Below, piece after piece: positions 22,863-32,881 of a DNA stretch of 64,000 nt. A program made the translations under genes and the position numbers. The stretch is from Bdellovibrionales bacterium (GTDB lineage Bacteria; Bdellovibrionota; Bdellovibrionia; Bdellovibrionales; JAGQZY01). How positions within the stretch are numbered: position 1 is the first letter of the stretch; each line of letters starts with the position of its first letter. Below the pieces are notes generated by a model, which saw only the letters and a list, made by a program, of their open reading frames with translations, searched no databases and was not told the origin of the DNA. The stretch spans positions 512,001 through 576,000 of the forward strand of contig CAXRHT010000002.1 in the NCBI GenBank assembly GCA_964230645.1, given 5' to 3'.

Positions 22863-23630
22863 TTGTCACCTTATAATTTTGAGGTGATGATGATTTGGTC
22901 AAAACCAAGGTTCCAACACAGTTTTGAATTGCTTCCACGAGTGCTTAAAGAGGTAGCACCTCTGCTTCTTCCATTAAGCTTAGCACTCTGGGGCCTAGAA
23001 TATTACGTGGCTTGGGTGAATAAAGCGCGTTTTGATAATCCCATGGCCTCATCCATGCTCACAATTGTAGCACTGGGTCTTATTGGCATCCTGCTTCAAA
23101 GTATTGCCTCAGTGATTTGGCTTCTCTATGTGGCTCGAAGCACGCAGAGACAAATGAAAAACGGGCACGGTGAACATCCGCTCATCTTTTTAAAAAATCA
23201 TTTTCATCAAACCTTTATTGAGTCTATTCGCGCTTTTATCAGTATCGGGATTTACACTCTCTTTTTTATTCTTCCTGGAATCATTCGCTGGGTGAAACTG
23301 GTGTTCACCTGCTTTGTTTCAGCCTTCGATCCTGATTATTTAAAAGGTAAAAAGGATGCTCTTAAAGAGTCCTCAAGACTTGTCAAAGGCGCCTGGTTTC
23401 CGCTCTTGATACTTCTGATTGTCCAAGCCTTTATTCCCTATTTGTTTGAAGAGTTTGCCCTGGGAAATTATGGATTGAGCTCAGAGGAACAAGCTGGCAA
23501 GGCCCTATCCTTTAATTTTTTAAGTCTTCCTTTTTATCTAGTGGCCTTTATTTTAGAGGTTTATTTTGCCATCTACTTCAGTCTCACATTTTTTGCGCGC
23601 TGGAGTTTTAAAACGGAGAGGCCTCAGTAA
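22863..23630 (+). CDS. Integral membrane protein of unknown function (start may be ATG 22887 or 22890)
   Basis: About five TM segments; FILPGII and ALKESSRLVKG motifs; stop overlaps murI start. Confidence 0.75.
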   Translation: MSPYNFEVMMIWSKPRFQHSFELLPRVLKEVAPLLLPLSLALWGLEYYVAWVNKARFDNPMASSMLTIVALGLIGILLQSIASVIWLLYVARSTQRQMKNGHGEHPLIFLKNHFHQTFIESIRAFISIGIYTLFFILPGIIRWVKLVFTCFVSAFDPDYLKGKKDALKESSRLVKGAWFPLLILLIVQAFIPYLFEEFALGNYGLSSEEQAGKALSFNFLSLPFYLVAFILEVYFAIYFSLTFFARWSFKTERPQ

Positions 23631-24409
23631 TGCATATCGGACTTTTTGATTCGGGAGTGGGAGGACTCACCGTCTTATCAAAACTCAAAGAGCGCATCCC
23701 CAAGGCTCGCTTTACCTATCTAGGAGACACCGCACGTCTCCCCTACGGAAACAAAGCGCCAGAAACTCTTGAGCGTTACACCAAAGAGAATATTGAATTT
23801 CTCGATCAACAAAATGTGGATGCGATTGTGGTGGCTTGCCACTCGGCTTCAAGTGTCGCTTTAAAAATGCTTCACTCTCAAAAAGGCACGCCTATTTTTA
23901 ATGTGATTGCTCCGAGTTGTGAGCAAGCCATTAAGAATTCTAAAAATAAAAGAGTGGGCGTTGTCTCAACGAAAGCCACAGCCCGCAGTCTTGTCTACCC
24001 TAATTATATTAATAGCTTAGATGAAAACGTGGAAGTGCTCTCTCAAGAGTGCCCACTTCTTGTACCACTGGTGGAAGAGGGCATGATTGAAGATCCCATC
24101 ACCGAAATGATGCTCTCGCGCTATCTCAAAGAAATGCTCACTGAGCCTGTCGATACCTTGATTCTTGGTTGCACCCACTACCCTCTTTTGAAGGAGCCCA
24201 TCTCTAAGATATGTGGCGCGTCAATAACCTTGGTTGATCCCGCCGAGTCGGTGGCAGGAAGAATTTTAGATCAGTGTGAAATTAAAGATGATGAGCCAGG
24301 CCTGAAGGTTTTCCTAACCGATCACGCGCCTCACTTCATCAATCACGCCAAACAACTGCTCGGCGCCCTTGATTCAGAGCCCATTTTATTTCCCAAAAGT
24401 CAGGGCTAA
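23630..24409 (+). CDS. murI: Glutamate racemase
   Basis: FDSGVGGLTV, GDTARLPYG, VVACHSAS and LILGCTHYP motifs. Confidence 0.97.
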   Translation: MHIGLFDSGVGGLTVLSKLKERIPKARFTYLGDTARLPYGNKAPETLERYTKENIEFLDQQNVDAIVVACHSASSVALKMLHSQKGTPIFNVIAPSCEQAIKNSKNKRVGVVSTKATARSLVYPNYINSLDENVEVLSQECPLLVPLVEEGMIEDPITEMMLSRYLKEMLTEPVDTLILGCTHYPLLKEPISKICGASITLVDPAESVAGRILDQCEIKDDEPGLKVFLTDHAPHFINHAKQLLGALDSEPILFPKSQG

Positions 24410-24492
24410 GCCTCCCTTGAAACAGTGACAGGCCCTTTAGCTTTTGTTACACCTTGGAATTCGTTTTCACATTGATGCTAAAAGGAAAAAAC

Positions 24493-25155
24493 ATGGCTCA
24501 TTATTCAAATGCCTACGAATTTGGTCACACCTCAGATGGTTTAGCCATCCCTGCTTACAAGTTTGGAGATAAAGGCCCCAAGGTTTTAGTGATGGGTGGA
24601 GTCCACGGAGATGAGACCGAAGGAATCATTGCTGCCAATGGACTCTTGCAAAAATTCTCACGGTCTTTTCCCTATAAGCTCAATCTCACGTTGATTCCAA
24701 TTTTTAACTTGGACGGGGCCATTCGTTGTCAGCGTAAAAATGGCAGAGAGGTGGACCTCAACCGAAACCTCCCCACCCAGGATTGGTCAGCAGAAGTGGC
24801 CAAAGAAAAATACCACCCTGGCCCCAATGCCAACAGCGAGCCTGAGAATCAGGCCTTAGTGGATTTTATCTCTGAGGAAAAACCCACATTTATTATTTCG
24901 CTTCACTCCTGGAAGCCGATGCTCAATGTGAACGGTGATTGTGGAGCAGTCGCTGAGACTATTTCAAAACACACAGGTTATGTGATCACTCCGGACATCG
25001 GCTACCCCACACCCGGTTCTCTTGGAACTTATTGTGGGCTAGAAAGACAGATTCCTACGATCACCTACGAATTTGAAAGAGAAATAAAAGCTAAAAATAT
25101 TTTAGACATCCATGTTCCCGCCATTATCGAGGGACTTAAAAAGTTAGAGGTTTAA
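24493..25155 (+). CDS. mpaA: M14 zinc carboxypeptidase, murein tripeptide amidase MpaA-like
   Basis: GVHGDE, NxDG, DLNRN, SLHS, IGYPTPGSLG and TYE motifs. Confidence 0.8.
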   Translation: MAHYSNAYEFGHTSDGLAIPAYKFGDKGPKVLVMGGVHGDETEGIIAANGLLQKFSRSFPYKLNLTLIPIFNLDGAIRCQRKNGREVDLNRNLPTQDWSAEVAKEKYHPGPNANSEPENQALVDFISEEKPTFIISLHSWKPMLNVNGDCGAVAETISKHTGYVITPDIGYPTPGSLGTYCGLERQIPTITYEFEREIKAKNILDIHVPAIIEGLKKLEV

Positions 25156-25156
25156 T

Positions 25157-25960
25157 ATGAAAGAAAAAATCGAAGAAATCTTTGAACTTCCCAGTGACCA
25201 ACTCGAACAACACTCAGCCCTTATCGATGAGGCCATTGGCTTACTTGATTCCGGAAAACTTCGCGTGGTCGAGAATACAGGTGATGATTGGCAAGTGAAC
25301 CAATGGGCCAAAAAAGCCATCCTTCTTTATTTTCGAAGCCGCAAAATGGCTAAAATCGACTGCCCTCCTTTCAGCTACTACGACAAAATTCCTCTTAAGC
25401 AGTGGAGCGGTGACGAGAAAGTTCGTGTGGTTCCGCAAGCCTTGGCTAGACGCGGATCCTTCATTGATGAGGGGGCAGTGTTAATGCCCAGTTACGTTAA
25501 TATTGGAGCCTACGTTGGGAAAGGCAGCATGGTCGACACCTGGGCCACAGTGGGATCTTGTGCTTACATTGGTTCTGGAGTGCACCTTTCAGGGGGTGTT
25601 GGTATTGGTGGCGTTTTGGAGCCTCTTCAAGCCAACCCGGTGATTGTGGAAGATAGCTGTTTTATTGGAAGCCGAAGTATTCTTGTTGAAGGTGTTCACA
25701 TTAAAAAAGGTGCTGTGATCGGGGCTGGTGTAACCATTACCGGATCCACCAAAATTTATGATGTCTCAGGCTCTGAGAAAAAAGAGTACAAGGGTTATGT
25801 GCCAGAAAACTCAGTCGTCATTCCAGGGACTCAGGAAAAAGAGTTTCCCGCCGGAAAATTTAATGTGCCTTGTGCTTTGATTATTGGAAAACGCAAAGCT
25901 TCCACCGATGAGAAAACCTCTCTTAACGATGCTCTTCGTGAGTACAACGTTTCTGTGTAA
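25157..25960 (+). CDS. dapD: Tetrahydrodipicolinate N-succinyltransferase
   Basis: WAKKAILLYF, LMPSYVNIGAYV, DTWATVGSCA and GIGGVLEP motifs. Confidence 0.96.
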   Translation: MKEKIEEIFELPSDQLEQHSALIDEAIGLLDSGKLRVVENTGDDWQVNQWAKKAILLYFRSRKMAKIDCPPFSYYDKIPLKQWSGDEKVRVVPQALARRGSFIDEGAVLMPSYVNIGAYVGKGSMVDTWATVGSCAYIGSGVHLSGGVGIGGVLEPLQANPVIVEDSCFIGSRSILVEGVHIKKGAVIGAGVTITGSTKIYDVSGSEKKEYKGYVPENSVVIPGTQEKEFPAGKFNVPCALIIGKRKASTDEKTSLNDALREYNVSV

Positions 25961-25964
25961 GCCG

Positions 25965-26450
25965 ATGCCCTTTCAAGTTAACCTCAGTAAAGAGCGCTTT
26001 AAGTTTTCATCCACTCACTTTACCATCTTCAAAGACCACCAGGGCGAGTGCCTGCACGGACACAATTACCAAGTGTCCGTGGATCTCGATTTTCGCAATT
26101 TGGCTGAAGACACAGGCCTCAGTGCCGAGTTCTCGCAAGTGAAATATGAAGTGGATAATATTTGTAAACTTCTTGATGAAAAAGTTCTACTTCCCGCTGA
26201 CTCCCCTTATCTCGATATTACCGATAACAGCAAAAACTACGATGTGCAGTTTGGGGTGAAGTTTTACTCTTTTCCTAAAGTCGACTGTGTCCTCCTTGAT
26301 ATAGTCAACGTATCTTCAGAGTGTTTGGCTAAGTGGGTTCACCAAAAACTTTCTAAAGCCTATGTGAGTATCGGACTGGAATCTCTGTCGGTGACTGTTG
26401 AAGAATCCAGTGGTCAGGCCGTGACTTATTTTCTGGCTGAAGACGCTTAA
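25965..26450 (+). CDS. 6-pyruvoyl-tetrahydropterin synthase / QueD-family protein
   Basis: FSSTHF...ECLHGHNY and SSECLA motifs; probable start ATG 25965. Confidence 0.8.
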   Translation: MPFQVNLSKERFKFSSTHFTIFKDHQGECLHGHNYQVSVDLDFRNLAEDTGLSAEFSQVKYEVDNICKLLDEKVLLPADSPYLDITDNSKNYDVQFGVKFYSFPKVDCVLLDIVNVSSECLAKWVHQKLSKAYVSIGLESLSVTVEESSGQAVTYFLAEDA

Positions 26451-26625
26451 AATCTTATGATACACAAGCAATTATAAGCTTATTCTCTCAAATTAAAACT
26501 AATAGGGCTTCAATCCTTATTTCAGAGCAATTGTGTGGAAATCGACACGAACATTTTAAAAAAACCGGAATAAAAAAATATAGCCCTCCATTAATCTGAA
26601 GCTGTAAAACTTTAGGAGGTTTTCA

Positions 26626-27192
26626 ATGTTAACAATTCGCACAATGATAATCACTGCAAGCCTAATGATCCCTGCCACTGTGATGGCTGGTAATCAGGAC
26701 TCAAGCATGCACAACCAGAATAAACTGGAAAAACAACGTACGAGCGATAGTATGCAATCCAAGTACGGTACTACGGCCAGTAAAAAAATGAACCGGTCCA
26801 CAACGAGTTTCAACCAGTCCACTATTCGAACAGTACAACAAAAACTGAACGATAATGGCCATGAGATTGCTGTTGATGGAATTATGGGGAATGAAACAAA
26901 ACAAGCCCTCAGAGACTATCAAGGTAACAATGCGCTGGACTCAACCGGCAGTCTTAACTCGGATACGCTTGCGTCTCTAGGAGTGCAAACACCAGCCAAC
27001 AACACGAAAAACTCAAATGCAACTCGAACCAATCGTAGTCAAACTCGCCAACCAGCCAGTATTGACTCTTCGATGAACTCTGAAACTCAAGATGAGTTTG
27101 ATCGTCCAATGAAACAAGACGAAGACATGACTGACCCAATGGAAGATGACTTTACAGAGCCAATGGACACTGAGATTGATGACACCTATTAA
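26626..27192 (+). CDS. Secreted peptidoglycan-binding-domain protein with acidic low-complexity tail
   Basis: Signal peptide; VQQKLN...VDGIMGNETKQALRDYQ...TG.L...TL..L PG-binding motif; AGGAGG RBS. Confidence 0.85.
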   Translation: MLTIRTMIITASLMIPATVMAGNQDSSMHNQNKLEKQRTSDSMQSKYGTTASKKMNRSTTSFNQSTIRTVQQKLNDNGHEIAVDGIMGNETKQALRDYQGNNALDSTGSLNSDTLASLGVQTPANNTKNSNATRTNRSQTRQPASIDSSMNSETQDEFDRPMKQDEDMTDPMEDDFTEPMDTEIDDTY

Positions 27193-27218
27193 TCACACAG
27201 TTCATTAGTGTTTCTGTT

Positions 27219-27249
27219 AAAAGGGAGTGCAACCACACTCCCTTTTTTA
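27219..27249. terminator. Bidirectional intrinsic terminator
   Basis: AAAGGGAGTG/CACTCCCTTT stem between convergent genes. Confidence 0.75.
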
Positions 27250-27251
27250 TT

Positions 27252-28478
27252 TCATCCTCGAAGAATTTCGCTAGGCCTAAAAGAAGAAAGTTTTCTCATG
27301 GTAATACTGAGAGCAAAGTAGCTAAATAACACCCCAAAAAAGAGAATGCTTGCCACCTGCAAAAATTGAATTTCGGTGGGAATATTGGTTTCCTCGTAAA
27401 ATGCGGGCAGAACGTCATCAGAGAAAGTGTCGATACAAAGACTTAATATGATTCCCGTGATCACCCCGCCTAAGACCCCTGTTAAGGTTAAAAACAAACC
27501 AATTTTCACAAAAGTGTTGCGAGTCTCTGAGCGAGTCATTCCCATGGCTAGAAGGTTGCCAACATCTTTTTTCTTTTGAGTCAGCAAAAGAACCATGACC
27601 GAGATTATAGAAAGACCAGCGATCAGAGTGCTTAGACCCACCAAAAAACTCACTACGAACTTTTCAATCTTAAGAGCAAAGAAAAGGGAGGCATTGCGCT
27701 CCTTCCAAGTTTCAACCTGCACACCTTCACCCTTGATTTTTTCTTTGATGGAATCGGCTTGCTCAGGATCTTTGAGCCAGACCTCCAAAGCCAGGCGCCG
27801 TCCTAAAGTTTTTTGCAGCCTCGGGAAAGACTCTTCGAGGATATAATAAAAGGACTGACCATCGATTCGATCCACATCGGTGAGCAGGAAGCCTTGAACA
27901 TTTCCCTGCGAGAGGATGGGTATTTCACTGGCTGGCATAAACATGGTTTCTGGGGGAACGATCACCACATTGTCATCTCGAAAAAGACCGGTTTTATCAG
28001 CCAGTCCCACGCCCAGTATAATTTGACCGGGCTTTAAATTTTCAATTTTGTTTTTAAGGTCAGGATCTTTTTTACCGGCTTTTTTCTCTGCAAACTCTAA
28101 GAGTTGCAAAAGACGTTTTCTGGTCACACCATTGGCTGTGGCTCCTTGGACAAATCCGTCCGCCGTTCTGAGGATGACGTCCTGATGACTCATGGGAGCT
28201 TTCAGCTCCACATCCTCTTGTTCTAATTTTTTATAAACAGGATGAGAGGTGATTTCTTTGGCCTTTTTAACATCATCAAAATCCACCACCACATGGGGTT
28301 CAACCTCAAGAAGGCGATCTCGAATTGAGCGGTTAAATCCGTTCATAACACTGACGACGACAACCAGGGCCGCGACACCGAGCCAAATTCCAAGAATACT
28401 AATTCTGGAAATGGTTTTCACGAGGGACCCGGCTCGTTTTGACAGAATAAAGCGATGAAAAAACTCGAAGCTTAGCAC
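27252..28478 (-). CDS. LolC/LolE (MacB/FtsX-like) ABC permease
   Basis: GVAALVVVVSVMNGF, TWKERNASLFFALKIEK and LLAMGM motifs; no lolD in the window. Confidence 0.85.
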   Translation of the reverse strand: MLSFEFFHRFILSKRAGSLVKTISRISILGIWLGVAALVVVVSVMNGFNRSIRDRLLEVEPHVVVDFDDVKKAKEITSHPVYKKLEQEDVELKAPMSHQDVILRTADGFVQGATANGVTRKRLLQLLEFAEKKAGKKDPDLKNKIENLKPGQIILGVGLADKTGLFRDDNVVIVPPETMFMPASEIPILSQGNVQGFLLTDVDRIDGQSFYYILEESFPRLQKTLGRRLALEVWLKDPEQADSIKEKIKGEGVQVETWKERNASLFFALKIEKFVVSFLVGLSTLIAGLSIISVMVLLLTQKKKDVGNLLAMGMTRSETRNTFVKIGLFLTLTGVLGGVITGIILSLCIDTFSDDVLPAFYEETNIPTEIQFLQVASILFFGVLFSYFALSITMRKLSSFRPSEILRG

Positions 28479-28709
28479 GCCCTATTTTAGATTTGAGAGC
28501 TAAAAATAAGCAAGTCTTGGCTGACCAGAGCGTGGTGTCATACCGCTGAGCAGATGAATGTCCAAGGACACGAGAATCAATTTTTTCAATAAAAGGCTCT
28601 TCATAGAGTGATCCTATTTTTCAGGAGGGTTTTCTCAGACTTATCAACACTCGCACTCCTAGATTATCTAGCAAACATCAAGTAAGCTTTTCCTTTAAAG
28701 GAGTACCTG

Positions 28710-29702
28710 ATGAAAACTCTAATCCTTCTGTCTTTTTCTTTATGTCTGACAACGGCCTGTAGCCTTAATACCAAGAAACAGGACTATTCTTTTGATAGTG
28801 AACTCAGTCAATTTGAGTATCCATTTAAGATACAGAGATTTCATTTCTCCTCACAACGAAAAAAGCTACAAATGAGTTATGGCGACTTGGCACCTCAAAA
28901 GACCGAGAAGGTGGTTCTTCTACTCCATGGGAAAAACTTTGCAGGTTATTATTGGAATAAGATAGCAAAAGAGCTTATCGAAAAAGGCTACCGAGTTATT
29001 ATCCCCGACCAGATCGGCTTTGGAAAAAGCAGCAAGCCCGCTTATTATCAATACAGCTTCTCTCAACTGGTACTCAACACCATGAAGCTTATGGATCATC
29101 TAGAAATAAAAAACTACCAAGTGGTCGGCCATTCTATGGGAGGCATGTTAGCCACCCACCTCACCCAGCAAGATTCAAGAGTTGAGAAACTCGTTCTTAT
29201 CAATCCCATTGGTCTTGAAGACTACCTAAAGTACGTAGAAATTAAAGACCCAGAGTTTTTCTTTTCGATTGAGAAAAACAAAAGTGTCGAGCAGTTTCGA
29301 AACTATCAAAAGAAAAACTATTACGACGGAAAATGGAGTCCGCGCTACGAGGCGCTTCTGACACCCTTTAAAGGCTGGAAAAATGGTCCCGATTGGGAGA
29401 TAGTGGCCTGGAACAACGCATTGACCTATGGGCCCATATTCGCTGAGGAGATCGTCTCAAGCTTCAAAGATCTGGAAGTTCCTGTGGTGCTCGTACTAGG
29501 GACTAGAGATCGAACGGGACCTGGAAGGAACTGGAAGAAAAAGGGTGTGGATAGAAAACTGGGACAATATCAGAATTTAGGCAGTGAGATCAAAGCGCTG
29601 AACCCCAAAAGAATAACACTCCTTGAACTCAAGGGTCTTGGCCATATGCCACAGTTTGAGGATTATAAAAAATTCTCCAAGGTGTTCTACCCGCTTTTTT
29701 AG
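28710..29702 (+). CDS. Alpha/beta hydrolase lipoprotein
   Basis: Lipobox TTAC; LLHGKNF, PDQIGFGKS, GHSMGG and C-terminal GH motifs. Confidence 0.9.
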   Translation: MKTLILLSFSLCLTTACSLNTKKQDYSFDSELSQFEYPFKIQRFHFSSQRKKLQMSYGDLAPQKTEKVVLLLHGKNFAGYYWNKIAKELIEKGYRVIIPDQIGFGKSSKPAYYQYSFSQLVLNTMKLMDHLEIKNYQVVGHSMGGMLATHLTQQDSRVEKLVLINPIGLEDYLKYVEIKDPEFFFSIEKNKSVEQFRNYQKKNYYDGKWSPRYEALLTPFKGWKNGPDWEIVAWNNALTYGPIFAEEIVSSFKDLEVPVVLVLGTRDRTGPGRNWKKKGVDRKLGQYQNLGSEIKALNPKRITLLELKGLGHMPQFEDYKKFSKVFYPLF

Positions 29703-29703
29703 A

Positions 29704-30174
29704 TCACTTGAAAGAAAAGATCTTTTTGAAAAAACGAAAAATCGGGTTTTTGGCAAACTTAAAATGCCAGCGGTTGTAAAATTGGTAATTGGCAATAAGT
29801 TGAAGAGTCACTTTCTCGTCCACCTGCCTCACATCCTTTAAAAAAGTGATGGCTTGCCTGACCACTGTTTCATTGACCTTCTGATCAAAGCAAATCACCT
29901 CAGCCTTGCCTCCATCAATATCGTCATTGACGTAACCCGTTTTAACGCCATCGTATTCATTCCACTCAACCACTTGGTTAAAAATGGAAATTTGATGTTT
30001 CACAATTCTATCTTTGGCTTTCCAGAAATAAAGATCCGCAGGACCGGAGGAGCGAAACCAGTGACTTTCAATATCCATATTGCGGGTTTTGATCACATCA
30101 ATAGAAGCAAGCTTTAGGCTTTTGGCTAAAGATGGCAAATCATAATGTGTCAGCTTATGGGCTTGCATATTCAC
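29704..30174 (-). CDS. Hypothetical protein, last gene of the MCE operon
   Basis: Overlaps the stop of the MlaD-like gene; WFRS...ADLYFW. Confidence 0.7.
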   Translation of the reverse strand: MNMQAHKLTHYDLPSLAKSLKLASIDVIKTRNMDIESHWFRSSGPADLYFWKAKDRIVKHQISIFNQVVEWNEYDGVKTGYVNDDIDGGKAEVICFDQKVNETVVRQAITFLKDVRQVDEKVTLQLIANYQFYNRWHFKFAKNPIFRFFKKIFSFK

Positions 30175-31151
30175 TCGCTCTTACTTGCAGGTTGTCTTAG
30201 TTCAATTTTTTTCCGTTTCTTTTCTTCTTTTTGCACTTCTTCCACATTACTTTGTAAAAACCATGTTTTCTGCATCGCTTTTAAGGTAATGACCGCCTCA
30301 TCAAGGGCTCGCACAGCTTTTTTGGTGGCCGAGGGCATCTCTGGCCCAATGGTTTTAACCACCGGCATGATTTCTTTCATGTCTTGGGAGAGTTGATTCA
30401 GATTGGTTGTCAGCTTTAAAAGGTTTCCTGATAACTCCGGCATATCTTTTGACACCGAAGGCAGAGCCCTATTCATATGTTTTGAGATCACCTGGACTTC
30501 ATCTATGACTTTTTCAAGACGCTTTTTTTCGTTAAGGCTTGCTGAAAGAATGGAGACCTCTGAGGCCATCGAATTCATTTTCTCCATAAGTGGAAAGAGC
30601 TCATCAAAAAGCACAATTATTTGATCTGTTCTCTCATTGGATAAGAAAGCCTCAGCCAACTTTTGCAAGTTCTGCATGGTTGAGTCCAGTGACTCCATAT
30701 AAGCACCCAGCTTATTACCCCCAAGGATTTCAAGAAAGTCAGGAGACTGTTGGCTTGAAAGAATTTGTCCATCTTTCACAGGGTCCCCTTCAATTTCTCC
30801 ATCAGCGATTTCAAGCGCTTTTTCTCCGATGACAAAAGGTCTTGCTAGAAACACAATACTATTGGTGTTAATTCTCTTAGCAAATCTTTTTAATACCTTG
30901 AATTTAATAACTACTTCATTCGAAGATCGTAAATCCACACTATCGACCGATCCAATCCTTAACCCTGAGAAACGCACGGGAGTTCCTGGATGAATGCCTT
31001 CAGCAGTCTGAACATAAGTCACAAGATGAACCTTAGGATCAAACCATCCCTTTTTTATTCCCATTCCAATGGTGGCAATAACCGATAGAAAAACGGCCCC
31101 CAGCACAAATAATCCAGCCACCCTTTCAAATAAGTTAAACTTTACTTTCAC
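30171..31151 (-). CDS. MCE/MlaD-family protein with long helical C-terminal region
   Basis: N-terminal TM; AEGIHPGTPVRFSGLRIGSVDSV and VIGEK motifs. Confidence 0.9.
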   Translation of the reverse strand: MKVKFNLFERVAGLFVLGAVFLSVIATIGMGIKKGWFDPKVHLVTYVQTAEGIHPGTPVRFSGLRIGSVDSVDLRSSNEVVIKFKVLKRFAKRINTNSIVFLARPFVIGEKALEIADGEIEGDPVKDGQILSSQQSPDFLEILGGNKLGAYMESLDSTMQNLQKLAEAFLSNERTDQIIVLFDELFPLMEKMNSMASEVSILSASLNEKKRLEKVIDEVQVISKHMNRALPSVSKDMPELSGNLLKLTTNLNQLSQDMKEIMPVVKTIGPEMPSATKKAVRALDEAVITLKAMQKTWFLQSNVEEVQKEEKKRKKIELRQPASKSE

Positions 31152-31861
31152 AATGCTACCCTCAGGTTCTTATTAACTTCCACTTTATTGAGTCTCTTGC
31201 GCGATAAGATTATGTTCTGATCCGCTAGGCAATCGGAAAACTCTTCATCAAATGTCGAGAAAAAAACATGCTTTAAATTATAGATCTTGCGGTGATCATC
31301 AATGAGCTGCAAGAGATTGGCCTGAAGCTTTGTTGATAACAACAACTCAGGTGTATCTAAAAAAATCAGCTCAGGCTGTGTGACAAAGGCTCTCAAAATG
31401 AGTGTGCACTTTTGAGCGTTCGTTGAAACCTCTGCCGGTCTTTTATCGAGTTCATCGAAAATATCAAAATACTCCACACAGGTATTCATCCAGTCGGTCA
31501 ACTCTTTACCAAAAAAGAGTTTATGAAACTTCAAAGGCAGCTCTAGGTTTTGTCTAAGAGTCTGGTTATGAATGAGTCCCCTTGTCGAGAAGCCAAAACC
31601 AATTTTCAGGCGATACTTTAAGAACTCCTCAAAACTAAATTTTGAAACATCGTCGTCGTTAAGCAAAAACTCACCTTTATTAAAACCCTCTACTTGACTC
31701 ACACAATGAAAAAAGAAAAACTTTTCTCGATCATTGTTAAAAACAATTCGGCAATTTTGATTCATTGGAAAGACGAAATCACAATTCTGTAAGACTTCAC
31801 TGTCGTGATAGGCCATAGTGACTTTCTTAAACTGCATACTCTGGATTAGTGCTTCACTCAT
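31148..31861 (-). CDS. MlaF-like ABC ATPase homologue with degenerate catalytic motifs
   Basis: ABC scaffold (TLRQNLELPL, RPAEVS, RAFVTQPELIFLDTP) but no GxxGxGKS/T; lies between mlaE-like and mlaD-like genes. Confidence 0.75.
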   Translation of the reverse strand: MSEALIQSMQFKKVTMAYHDSEVLQNCDFVFPMNQNCRIVFNNDREKFFFFHCVSQVEGFNKGEFLLNDDDVSKFSFEEFLKYRLKIGFGFSTRGLIHNQTLRQNLELPLKFHKLFFGKELTDWMNTCVEYFDIFDELDKRPAEVSTNAQKCTLILRAFVTQPELIFLDTPELLLSTKLQANLLQLIDDHRKIYNLKHVFFSTFDEEFSDCLADQNIILSRKRLNKVEVNKNLRVAL

Positions 31862-32679
31862 AGCGGAATCCCAAGGTGAGTGAAGTACTCTAGATAAAAG
31901 TAAAGAGTTAAGAACATATAAAATCCAAGGATATAGACCGTACTGTTAACAACGGCTTTTGTGGTTACTTGCGGGATCTCATGGGGACTGCGTTCAACCT
32001 GCAGCCCTTGGTAACAACAGACCGCAAAGATTATAAGTCCACCCACGAGATTCTTTAAGAAAAACACAAAGATATCACTAAAATCGGCGGCTTGAGATAA
32101 AGAGGTAAAAAAGACGTCAAAGGGCATACCTTTAATCACGCGACAAACCATAGCACCCGAAAGAGCGGAAAAACTAACGAAGTAAAAGGCAAGGCAAAGC
32201 ACACTTATAACCCCACCAATGAGACGGGGAAAAATAACAAAGCTCATGGGATTAATGCCCATCGCTCTTAAAGCATCCATTTCTTTATTGACCTGCATCG
32301 AACCCAGTTCAGAAGCTACCGCTGTTCCCGATCTTGCAATCACTATCAATGCTGTCAGGAGCGGTCCAATTTCGCGCACAACAATCATCACCATAAATTT
32401 ACCAACGGCATCCACTCCACCGATAAAAGTCATTTGCATAATGGCCTGAAGCGCGATCAAAGCCCCCGAGCCAATGGCTAAAAAACCAATTAAGGGCATG
32501 GCTTGCCAGCCGGTGAAATAAATTTGGGCCGAGATCACTCCATAAAGAGTTCGCCAACCTTGATTTCGCCCCACCAACGTGGACCGAAAGCTCAGGTAGG
32601 TCATTAAAAACAATCTCCAGATGTAGTGGAGATTTTGAAAGACTTTCTGACCCATGCGATCAACAGTAGCGATCATCAA
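31858..32679 (-). CDS. mlaE: MlaE-family ABC permease
   Basis: VREIGPLLTALIVIARSGTAVASELGSM...E.DAL..MG..P and TTKAVV motifs. Confidence 0.92.
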   Translation of the reverse strand: MMIATVDRMGQKVFQNLHYIWRLFLMTYLSFRSTLVGRNQGWRTLYGVISAQIYFTGWQAMPLIGFLAIGSGALIALQAIMQMTFIGGVDAVGKFMVMIVVREIGPLLTALIVIARSGTAVASELGSMQVNKEMDALRAMGINPMSFVIFPRLIGGVISVLCLAFYFVSFSALSGAMVCRVIKGMPFDVFFTSLSQAADFSDIFVFFLKNLVGGLIIFAVCCYQGLQVERSPHEIPQVTTKAVVNSTVYILGFYMFLTLYFYLEYFTHLGIPL

Positions 32680-32881
32680 TTAACCTTTGTTAAACAATTC
32701 ATAAACACTTGTTCCTTATCGGTGGAATCTAATTTTTTTATTAAGATTTTAAGGGGTTAGGAAAGATTCTAGACTCTCAATTGGTCCTGATTTTTTAATT
32801 GATTTGTCTCAGTGAGAGTCATTGTATGGCATGAGAACTGAGAGCAAGACCAACGACCCAAATTCTGATAGAGTGATTACT

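Noticed and set aside
27231..27248. CACACTCCCTTTTT shared with the tail of the 26-bp tandem unit
   Set aside because: Short match explained by a terminator stem and T tract; no REP core adjacent
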